IMG/VR virus record: IMGVR_UViG_3300033143_001480
Coordinates: 1-44,874 of that record
Strand: one strand, 5' to 3'
Source of the DNA: a virus
Length of the DNA: 44,874 bases
Shown: positions 15,390-22,797 of the stretch, piece after piece
Position numbering within the stretch: the stretch's first letter is position 1
Layout of the letters: each line of letters starts with the position of its first letter
Notes under the pieces: generated by a model
Database searches by the model: none
What the model was told of the DNA's origin: nothing
Seen by the model: only the letters and a program-made list of their open reading frames with translations
Position numbers and translations under genes: made by a program

Positions 15390-17234
15390 ATGGCACTAGA
15401 TATGAAAGTTATGCTAGCGAAAGCTAGAAATCGTAAGGAGAAGCCCCTAGAAAGGGAGAAGACACCGACACCGACACCTGCCGCTCCTATACAAACCATG
15501 CAAGTTCCTAGAGATATGGGTAAGAACCCAGTTATAATAGGATTAGCAGCAAGGTTAGCAGCCTTAAAAACCTCTCCAGAACCTGTGCTAGTTCCCAAAG
15601 AGACTACTATACCAGAAGGTTTCTTAACTAAGAGAGGGATTGATAGTATAGAGATAGTAGATGCTCCAGAGCCTATACCTACAGCAAAGGTAGCTCTCAC
15701 TCATACAGGCATGGACGGTGCTATCATCACCTATAACACAGAGCAGCAAGAGTTCATCTCTCTTATCTCTTCTGGTAAGAGTTGTGTCCTAATAGGAGCA
15801 GCAGGCTCAGGTAAAACTACCTGCTCCCAAGGAGGTACACAAGAGTTAATAGCTAGCGGAGTCATACCTGTTCTTAAGGCAGATGGTCATAAGCACCTTT
15901 CTGATGGTTCTCCAGGGGTTCTTATAATCTCTTATACTCGCCGCGCAGTTAATAACATACGCAAAGTACAGACAGAGGATCTGAAATATAACTGCATAAC
16001 AGCGCATAAGCTCTTAGAGTACTCCCCTGAATATTATGAGCTAATAGACCCTACTACTGGAGACACTAAGAAGACTATGCGCTTTGAACCCTCCCGAAAT
16101 AAGGAGAATCCTCTCCCTCCTTCTATACATACTATAATAGTAGAGGAAGCATCTATGCTCTCCTTAGAACTCTTTGCAGAGATAACAGCAGCCTTAGAGC
16201 ACCCTGTACAGTGGGTGTTCATAGGTGATATACAACAGCTACCGCCTGTATTCGGATCAGCTATCTTAGGCTATAAGATGCTAGAGCTACCTGTAATAGA
16301 GCTTACACAGATATACAGGCAAGCTTTAGAGTCACCTATAATACGCTTAGCGCACCGAATCCTCTCAGGGAAACCTATACCTCTCTCTGAGTACGCTTCT
16401 TGGAAGGTAGAAGGGCAGCTAACTATACACCCTTGGAAAAAGAAACTACACCCTGATACAGCAGTTCTTACGCTCGCAGCTTTCTTTAAAGCAGCCTACG
16501 ATGCAGGAACCTATGACACAGAAGCAGATATGATACTTATACCTTATAATAAGTCCTGCGGCACTATAGAACTTAATAAGCATATAGCTAATCATATAGC
16601 TCGCACCAAAGGGAGAGATACTTACGAAGTAATAGCAGGCTTTACAAAACACTACTTTACTGTAGGAGATAAGGTACTATACGATAAGGAGGATGCAGAG
16701 ATAGTAGAGATACACCGGAACCCAGCTTATACAGGAGCGTCATTTCAACAGGAGTCTAAGCACCTAGATTACTGGGGACATAACCCTAAAGCAGGAGAGG
16801 AGGCAGCAGAGAACTTTGACGGCTCTTTTGGAGATAACGATGATATAGACTTCTTACTAGACCAGGTAGCTAGCTCAGAAGAGAGAGTCACGCAATCTTC
16901 GCACCGAATAGTAGTTAGACTCCTAGACTCTGGTACTTCTCTCGGAGTAGACAAAGCAGCAGATGTTAACGCTCTCTTACACTCTTATGCTCTTACAGTA
17001 CACAAGGCACAAGGTAGTGAATGGAGAAAGGTATTCTTCTGTCTCCATCAATCACATGCTACTATGCTACAGAGAGAGCTTTTATACACTGCTGTAACTA
17101 GAGCAAAGGAGGAACTATATATAATATGCGAGCCAGAGTCTTTTACTAAGGGAATTAGAAGCCAGAAGATTAAAGGTAATACCTTGGATGAAAAAGCACA
17201 ATGGTTTAAAGGTAAAGTAGATAAGAAAGGGTAG
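15390..17234 (+). CDS. SF1 DNA helicase, RecD/Dda-like (614 aa)
   Basis: Motifs: I GAAGSGKTT, II IIVEEASML, III FIGDIQQLPPV, V TVHKAQGSEW, VI LYTAVTRAKEELYI. Strong SD AAGGAGG. About 115-aa low-complexity N-terminal extension. Confidence 0.9.
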   Translation: MALDMKVMLAKARNRKEKPLEREKTPTPTPAAPIQTMQVPRDMGKNPVIIGLAARLAALKTSPEPVLVPKETTIPEGFLTKRGIDSIEIVDAPEPIPTAKVALTHTGMDGAIITYNTEQQEFISLISSGKSCVLIGAAGSGKTTCSQGGTQELIASGVIPVLKADGHKHLSDGSPGVLIISYTRRAVNNIRKVQTEDLKYNCITAHKLLEYSPEYYELIDPTTGDTKKTMRFEPSRNKENPLPPSIHTIIVEEASMLSLELFAEITAALEHPVQWVFIGDIQQLPPVFGSAILGYKMLELPVIELTQIYRQALESPIIRLAHRILSGKPIPLSEYASWKVEGQLTIHPWKKKLHPDTAVLTLAAFFKAAYDAGTYDTEADMILIPYNKSCGTIELNKHIANHIARTKGRDTYEVIAGFTKHYFTVGDKVLYDKEDAEIVEIHRNPAYTGASFQQESKHLDYWGHNPKAGEEAAENFDGSFGDNDDIDFLLDQVASSEERVTQSSHRIVVRLLDSGTSLGVDKAADVNALLHSYALTVHKAQGSEWRKVFFCLHQSHATMLQRELLYTAVTRAKEELYIICEPESFTKGIRSQKIKGNTLDEKAQWFKGKVDKKG

Positions 17235-17266
17235 AAAGACCCTTCTCTCTAAGAAAAAGAAACATC

Positions 17267-17295
17267 TTGACAGAATCTGTCACTTACGCTACTAT
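17267..17295 (+). promoter_or_regulatory. Near-consensus sigma70 promoter
   Basis: TTGACA (17267-17272), 17-nt spacer, TACTAT (17290-17295), about 115 nt upstream of ATG 17410. Confidence 0.65.
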
Positions 17296-17409
17296 ACATA
17301 CTTACTTGCTAAGAACTCACAAGTTCTACAGAACTTAAAAGCCTAGCAGGTAAGTAAATTTCTTAAGAAAGCTACACCCAACTTAAACTTATATAAGGAA
17401 ACAAGTATT

Positions 17410-18156
17410 ATGAACCCAGAAACAGAAGTAGAAAACACGCCAGTAGAGACAGAGACAGCAGCAGAGACTCCTAAGAGTCCGGTGACTATCATAGCTAATA
17501 ACCCTTCAGCGGAAGAAATGAAAGCTATCTGCGAACACATCCAGGTTAACTATGACTTCGATGTAGAAGCTAAGGAAACAAGATTTAACTTTAAAAAGTC
17601 TAAGGACAAAGAGTCTGGTATCGAGACTATCCGTGAATCTGTTGAGTTAGCGATTCCTTTTCCTAGTATGCAGGGTATCATCGCCATCTTAGAGAAAGGA
17701 GGTAAAGGCTTAGACCTTTTACGTGATGCTGTAGAAGGTATTGTAACTGCTCAAGCTCGCGAACTCCTTTATGATGACCTAGAAGCTAATGCAGCTACCT
17801 TTCCGGTAGAGAAGCTATCTTGGGACTTCATTGCTAACATGCCTAAAGCACAGCGTGGTGGAAGTGGTATTGCTAAGGAAGTATGGGAAGACTTCGGTGC
17901 TGATTACATCACAGTGATGATGGAGAAAGGCGGTAAGAACTTAGACCAAGCTACTAAAGCGGCTAAGCTTCTTACTACTAAGCTCTCTAACGCTAAGACT
18001 AACATCCCAGTTCTTAAATTCTTGGTAGAGCAGTTAGCTGTATACGCTGAGAACACCGAGAACTTACAGGATTATAAAGACTGCGTAGAGTTCTTGCTAG
18101 AGAAAGCAGATACTCTTATCAATGTCTCTGCTAAGGATCTGTTAGCAGCATTATAG
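17410..18156 (+). CDS. Acidic early protein of unknown function (248 aa)
   Basis: Has its own promoter and is followed by two long hairpins. Glu/Thr-rich N-terminus. More acidic than basic residues by eye. Confidence 0.75.
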   Translation: MNPETEVENTPVETETAAETPKSPVTIIANNPSAEEMKAICEHIQVNYDFDVEAKETRFNFKKSKDKESGIETIRESVELAIPFPSMQGIIAILEKGGKGLDLLRDAVEGIVTAQARELLYDDLEANAATFPVEKLSWDFIANMPKAQRGGSGIAKEVWEDFGADYITVMMEKGGKNLDQATKAAKLLTTKLSNAKTNIPVLKFLVEQLAVYAENTENLQDYKDCVEFLLEKADTLINVSAKDLLAAL

Positions 18157-18181
18157 ACCTAAGCTACCTCTTTTAACCTAT

Positions 18182-18250
18182 TAGCTATCTTCTTCTTGCT
18201 CTTTACATTAAACTTTCGGCGGTTTATCTAAGAGTAAGAGTTGATAGCTA
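18182..18250 (+). ncRNA. Long imperfect hairpin 1 (RNase III-site-like or terminator-like RNA structure)
   Basis: Outer 8-bp stem TAGCTATC (18182-18189) pairs with GATAGCTA (18243-18250). An internal loop follows, then an inner stem of about 11 bp (18193-18205 with 18229-18240, one bulge, G-U pairs). 23-nt loop. Confidence 0.45.
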
Positions 18251-18258
18251 TCTTTAAA

Positions 18259-18344
18259 AGAAGCTCTTATAGCCCAGCTCCCTGCTACATCAACTCAGTA
18301 CCTCCCTTTTACTGACAGCAGGCCTTCTAGCTATGAGAGCTTCT
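18259..18344 (+). ncRNA. Long imperfect hairpin 2 (RNase III-site-like RNA structure)
   Basis: 15-bp outer stem: 18259-18273 pairs with 18330-18344 (one G-U). Inner stems CCTGCT/AGCAGG (18281-86 / 18317-22) and CAGTA/TACTG (18296-300 / 18310-14). Confidence 0.45.
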
Positions 18345-18393
18345 CTTAAAGATCCCTGAGATCCTAAATCCGCTAATAAGGAGATATAAAGAA

Positions 18394-18681
18394 ATGACAC
18401 AAGCATACAAGAAACCAGTTACTAAGCTTCACGGACTATTTGGAGCAGCAATAGCAGGCTTAGCAGCAACTCTGATGCAGAAGGAGATAAGCTCTAGAAG
18501 AGATACCAGCCAGCCTAAGCGTTATGACACCAAACAGCTTAACTCTTATTATAAGTCTTACAGAAATCGTAAATACACCTCCTCCCGCTCTTATCCTCAC
18601 TCTTCTACTCAAGAAGCAGCTCGCAGAAAGCGACAGCTAGATGCTGGTACTCTTCACTGCAACACCGAACATTACCTGTAG
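18394..18681 (+). CDS. Small basic protein with N-terminal hydrophobic segment (95 aa)
   Basis: SD AAGGAG upstream. GLFGAAIAGLAATLM followed by an Arg/Lys/Ser/Tyr-rich region. Confidence 0.6.
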   Translation: MTQAYKKPVTKLHGLFGAAIAGLAATLMQKEISSRRDTSQPKRYDTKQLNSYYKSYRNRKYTSSRSYPHSSTQEAARRKRQLDAGTLHCNTEHYL

Positions 18682-18687
18682 TACGCT

Positions 18688-18709
18688 CGTAATATACCCG
18701 TAATATACC
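18688..18709. repeat. Perfect 11-bp tandem duplication CGTAATATACC x2 in an intergenic spacer
   Basis: Copies at 18688-18698 and 18699-18709. Confidence 0.95.
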
Positions 18710-18719
18710 TTCTCTAAGA

Positions 18720-18968
18720 ATGCGCCAATACCAGCCTATCTGGAATCAGATAAGAGAGCAGCATACAGCTACTCTTATTGTTCCTTCTTATCTACATAAG
18801 AGGGTCATCCAAGCAGTTCGCGCTGAGAAATGTAGAGATTTAGCCTATAAGCTACTTCTCTCTGAGAAGAGTGTTACATACAAGCTATACGAAGATATAG
18901 ACACAGAGAAGAATACCATCACCTTCACCCTTATAAAGACATCAGATATAGGAATAGAAGACTTATGA
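18720..18968 (+). CDS. Hypothetical protein (82 aa)
   Basis: ORF with a 4-nt overlap to the next gene. No clear SD. Confidence 0.5.
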   Translation: MRQYQPIWNQIREQHTATLIVPSYLHKRVIQAVRAEKCRDLAYKLLLSEKSVTYKLYEDIDTEKNTITFTLIKTSDIGIEDL

Positions 18969-19165
18969 GCACAAAGAAGCTAACTAATATACGATTAGGT
19001 AAGGTAGGAGAGTCCATTGAACTAAGACTCTCTTTTGAAGAGGACAATGTAAACGTATATATCCCTTTAGGTTTAACTAAGAACGAAGTAGCTAACAGGT
19101 TTCAAGAGTTAGCTACTGTCTTATACAGAGAATACTATAAGAAAGAAGAAGGAGAGGAAGAATGA
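18965..19165 (+). CDS. Hypothetical protein (66 aa)
   Basis: ATGA overlaps on both sides. Confidence 0.55.
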   Translation: MSTKKLTNIRLGKVGESIELRLSFEEDNVNVYIPLGLTKNEVANRFQELATVLYREYYKKEEGEEE

Positions 19166-19512
19166 GTAATGAAATAGTTGCAACTACAGCTGTAGACACC
19201 TCTATAGATACAGCTATAGATACAGCTATCGACACCTCCTTTGTACAGCCTGATCAAGCATACCAGATAAGAGAGAAACTCCTAGCTTTAGATGAAATGC
19301 TCTTAGAGAAACTCCCAGGAATAGCTACCCTTCTAAGAGACATACATACAACTCTTAAGAACGATCCTGATACAGTCACTCTTCTTTCTGAGGAGGAGTG
19401 TTCTATCCTAGTAAGAGGGCTTAAGAAGCAAACAGCTACAGAGATAGCTACGGCTGCTGTTAAGAAGAAAGGCGGCAAGGCTATGAAGAACTTAACTGTG
19501 GATGACCTATAA
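19162..19512 (+). CDS. Hypothetical protein with N-terminal (V/I)DT(S/A) x4 repeat (116 aa)
   Basis: Four 12-bp units at 19192-19239; the two inner units are identical. Confidence 0.6.
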   Translation: MSNEIVATTAVDTSIDTAIDTAIDTSFVQPDQAYQIREKLLALDEMLLEKLPGIATLLRDIHTTLKNDPDTVTLLSEEECSILVRGLKKQTATEIATAAVKKKGGKAMKNLTVDDL

Positions 19513-19858
19513 GGAAGAGAGTATGAAAGATTCTATAGAACCTATTCTTATATGGAAAGGATACTCGAAACCCTTAGATGCTTCTGTTACTTTCCACCTC
19601 TTACATACTTGCGAAGCTACAGAAGATACCTCAGCACATCTACACATAGGTTTTCTAGTCTCTTCCTCTAACGGCTCTCACCCTCTGCACAAAGGGGAGC
19701 TGATAATAGCTAAGAAAGATCTTACTAACCCTTCTACACCGATAGCTATGCTTTCTACTGTAGAAGGTGCAATACTAGAAGAGATAGCTATTCAGTTAGC
19801 TGAAGATTTAGAGACAGCTAAATGGGAACAGAATAAGGAAGGGTATGTATGTCATTAG
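19502..19858 (+). CDS. Hypothetical protein (118 aa; more likely starts at 19523, 111 aa)
   Basis: ATG 19523 is preceded by AAGGAAGAG just after the upstream stop. ATG 19502 would overlap the upstream gene by 11 nt. Confidence 0.6.
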   Translation: MTYKEESMKDSIEPILIWKGYSKPLDASVTFHLLHTCEATEDTSAHLHIGFLVSSSNGSHPLHKGELIIAKKDLTNPSTPIAMLSTVEGAILEEIAIQLAEDLETAKWEQNKEGYVCH

Positions 19859-20241
19859 AAGCTCCCTTAGACCTATCTTCTCTTAGAGAGCTTCTTAACA
19901 CCTCTCCTCTATCTCGCTCTAGGAAACCTACACCTCTAGCTACATACTTAATAGTAATAGCGAAAAGTAATAGAGCCTACTATTCTAACGGAATGGAAGG
20001 TGCAAAATCTTTAGCTACCTACCTTGCTCCTATAGAGTTTCCTGTAGAGAAGTACCCAGCTATAGACGACTCTTATAATGTACCAGATTACCTAGTATCT
20101 TATGAACTGCAACAGTTAGCTAAGATACTTACACCTCCCTTCCCAGGAGAGGCTATAGAAGACAGAGTAGCTCGTATACAAAGAACACAGAGAGCTATAC
20201 TAATAACTACATATAATGAGGTGATCCCATGTCTGTACTAG
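19849..20241 (+). CDS. Hypothetical protein (130 aa)
   Basis: Overlapping, coupled ORF in the operon. Confidence 0.6.
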   Translation: MSLEAPLDLSSLRELLNTSPLSRSRKPTPLATYLIVIAKSNRAYYSNGMEGAKSLATYLAPIEFPVEKYPAIDDSYNVPDYLVSYELQQLAKILTPPFPGEAIEDRVARIQRTQRAILITTYNEVIPCLY

Positions 20242-21257
20242 ATACGCCTACCGACAGCTCCATCTCATTAGATATCCTAGATGAAGAGATCCCTCTAGCA
20301 GAGCTCGTTCTCCTAAAAGAAGGTGAGATAGATCCTAGGCTCCAACTTCTCTCTCATTCCTCCCGAACTAACTTGCATAAGTGCCCTCGTAAGTACCAGC
20401 TCTACCGCCTAGGTTCTGAAGAGATCTCATTAGAAGCTGAGAAAGAGAAGGAGCAAGGAGTTACCTTTGCCTTCGGACATGCAGTAGGTATAGGAGTGGC
20501 ATCTGCCTTAGAACACTCAGGCTCAGAATCTAAAGCTCTTATAGATACCTTCCTAGGTTGGGACACCGAACTCCTAGATACGAACACCAAACAGAAGAAG
20601 TCAGTATGGGAAGCTATCTTTGCAGTACAGAGATTCCTAACTATATGCAATAACGGCTACCTAGATGATTATGAGCTAGTGTACTATGAAGGCAAGCCAG
20701 CTGTAGAGTTAAGCTTTAGAATCACTCTTCCTGACGGGTACAAGTACCGAGGTTTTGTAGATGCAGTCTTGAAGCATAAGAAGACAGGAGAGGTAATAGT
20801 CTTAGAGTGTAAGACATCCTCTTCTAGTGCTAACTCCGCGCAGTATAAGAATAGCGGACAGGCTATAGGCTACTCCATAGTTTTGGATATTCTCTTTCCT
20901 TCCCTTAGCTCCTATAGTGTACTCTATCTAGTATACGAGACTAAATCTAAAGAGTATGTACAGCTCCCATTCACTAAGAGTCTCTTACAGCGAGCTTTAT
21001 GGCTACAAGAGCTTCTCATAGATATGGAACATATAAAGCTATATCAGTCTTTCGATACGTACCCTATGCATGGAGAGAATTGTTATGATTTCTTCAGAGA
21101 GTGTGAGTATCTAGGACTATGTACACTATCCACAGAAAGGTTAGTTAAACCACTTACGCAGCAGATGCTAGATAAAATAGAAGGAGAGGAATATATGTTT
21201 GAAGTAGATTTTTATGCTCTGGTACAGAGTCAGTTAGAGAAAGGAACCGAATCCTAA
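20229..21257 (+). CDS. PD-(D/E)XK nuclease, Cas4/RecB-like with Cys cluster (342 aa)
   Basis: Motifs GFVDAV...VLECKT (D..ExK) and QAIGY (QxxxY). One N-terminal Cys (LHKCPRKY) plus C-terminal CYDFFRECEYLGLC. Confidence 0.85.
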   Translation: MSVLDTPTDSSISLDILDEEIPLAELVLLKEGEIDPRLQLLSHSSRTNLHKCPRKYQLYRLGSEEISLEAEKEKEQGVTFAFGHAVGIGVASALEHSGSESKALIDTFLGWDTELLDTNTKQKKSVWEAIFAVQRFLTICNNGYLDDYELVYYEGKPAVELSFRITLPDGYKYRGFVDAVLKHKKTGEVIVLECKTSSSSANSAQYKNSGQAIGYSIVLDILFPSLSSYSVLYLVYETKSKEYVQLPFTKSLLQRALWLQELLIDMEHIKLYQSFDTYPMHGENCYDFFRECEYLGLCTLSTERLVKPLTQQMLDKIEGEEYMFEVDFYALVQSQLEKGTES

Positions 21258-22150
21258 TGGCTAAGCTATCCTCTCTATCTCATTCCACAACTCACCGTAT
21301 CATCATTTACGGTGGCCCGAAAACAGGTAAGACACAGCTTGCAGGAGAGCTAGCTACTCACGGGTATGACCTTATATGGTTCGACCTAGAGAATGGACAT
21401 GAGACTCTGTTCAAGCTACCTCCAGCAGCTCAGGAAAGAATAGAGCTTATCTCTCTGCCTGATACTCGCTCTTATCCTGTGGCCATAGAGACAGTGCTAA
21501 AGGCGATCAAAGGTAAGGTAACTATCTGTGAAGCTCACGGTAAGGTAGGGTGCTTAGTATGTAAGAAGAGAGAAGCTCCTAGTATAGAACTAGATCTCCC
21601 TTCTATAAGAGATACAAATACAGTAGTAGTATTCGACTCTCTTACTCAACTTTCTAATAGCGCCATAGCTCATATAACTAAGAGTCAGCCAGATGACTAT
21701 AAGCTAGACTATAACGACTGGGGAAATCTAGGAAAGTTATTAGAGATCTTTCTATCGCATATACAGCAAGCAGGCTATAATGTAATAGTAATCTCCCATG
21801 AGCAGGAGGTAGAGACAGAAGGGAAAAAGAATACTCTCGTACCTGTAGGCGGAACACGGAACTTCTCTAGAAATGTAGCTAAGTATTTCGACCATGTAAT
21901 CTATGCAGAGAGAAAGAATAAGAAACATGTCTTTGCGAGTAGCACTGGTTATATGAATACTATTTTGACAGGGAGCAGGACTGATATAAGGATGGAGGAC
22001 GAGAAAGAAGCGAGCTTGATCTCTATCTTCAGGCCGTCAGAAGTAGCGAAGGGAGCGACACCTATAGCTAAGACTACTAGCGTAGTAAGCACAGGCTCTC
22101 AAGCTTCTTCTATCTTACAGAAACTTAAAGCTAAGAAAGGAGGGATTTGA
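21257..22150 (+). CDS. RecA-like P-loop ATPase, Sak4/AAA_24-like (297 aa)
   Basis: Walker A IYGGPKTGKTQLA. Walker B VVVFDSLTQL. 1-nt overlap with the nuclease gene. Confidence 0.75.
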   Translation: MAKLSSLSHSTTHRIIIYGGPKTGKTQLAGELATHGYDLIWFDLENGHETLFKLPPAAQERIELISLPDTRSYPVAIETVLKAIKGKVTICEAHGKVGCLVCKKREAPSIELDLPSIRDTNTVVVFDSLTQLSNSAIAHITKSQPDDYKLDYNDWGNLGKLLEIFLSHIQQAGYNVIVISHEQEVETEGKKNTLVPVGGTRNFSRNVAKYFDHVIYAERKNKKHVFASSTGYMNTILTGSRTDIRMEDEKEASLISIFRPSEVAKGATPIAKTTSVVSTGSQASSILQKLKAKKGGI

Positions 22151-22204
22151 TACAGAAGTAGTATGGGATTATTACCCGAAACGAAGATAAGCTAAGATAA
22201 TATA

Positions 22205-22257
22205 AATATACTTAAATATACTTAATTTAATAAATAACATATAGGAATAAATAACAT
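22205..22257. repeat. Tandem AATATACTTA x2 and AATAAATAACAT x2 (17-bp period) in the AT-rich spacer before 22256
   Basis: 10-mers at 22205-22214 and 22215-22224. 12-mers at 22229-22240 and 22246-22257; the second contains the first two bases of the ATG. Confidence 0.9.
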
Positions 22258-22681
22258 GAACGAAATAAACAACTTACTTGATGCAACCTTAGATGACTTA
22301 GAAGATTTACCTGAGTTTAAACCTTTTCCACCTGGAGCACACCAAGTTACTGCTTCTCTCTCTCTAAAGGAGATTAATAAGAAGCAGTGTGTAGAGCTAG
22401 AGATGAAGATGATTGAAACCCTTGAAGTCTCTGACTCTAATGACGCTCCTGCTAAAGCTGGCGACTCCTGCTCTACTATTTTTATGCTAGATAATGAGTA
22501 CGGAAGAGGGAACTTGAAGAAGGTAGCAACTCCTTTAGGTACAGCCTTAGATACAGGTATCTTGCGAGAGATTATTGAGCAGGCAAAGGATATCGAGTGC
22601 GTAGTTATCACTAGCTTACGTACAGATAAGAACGATAAGGATAAGAAGTATATCCAAGTGAAAGAGTTGACTGTAGTATAA
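22256..22681 (+). CDS. Small acidic protein at the position usually held by an SSB-type protein (141 aa)
   Basis: Lies between the Sak4-like ATPase and PolA. Followed by its own terminator. The product call rests on synteny only. Confidence 0.65.
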   Translation: MNEINNLLDATLDDLEDLPEFKPFPPGAHQVTASLSLKEINKKQCVELEMKMIETLEVSDSNDAPAKAGDSCSTIFMLDNEYGRGNLKKVATPLGTALDTGILREIIEQAKDIECVVITSLRTDKNDKDKKYIQVKELTVV

Positions 22682-22723
22682 GCACCTAGGAAACTAGGAA
22701 CTATGTAATACTAACTTAGATTA

Positions 22724-22768
22724 AGATAGCTTATAGGACTTAGCGATTCCTGTAGGCTATCTTTGTAT
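22724..22768 (+). terminator. Rho-independent terminator/attenuator upstream of the DNA polymerase gene
   Basis: 14-bp stem: 22724-22737 pairs with 22749-22762 (two U-G pairs). 11-nt loop, then UUGU. Confidence 0.65.
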
Positions 22769-22797
22769 AAGAAGTAATAGAATTAAAAGGGAAGTAT

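Noticed and set aside
17227-17244. A small hairpin, AAGGGT-N6-ACCCTT, at the helicase stop, considered as a terminator.
   Set aside because: It has only a 6-bp stem that includes the stop codon and has no U-tract. It is too weak to call.
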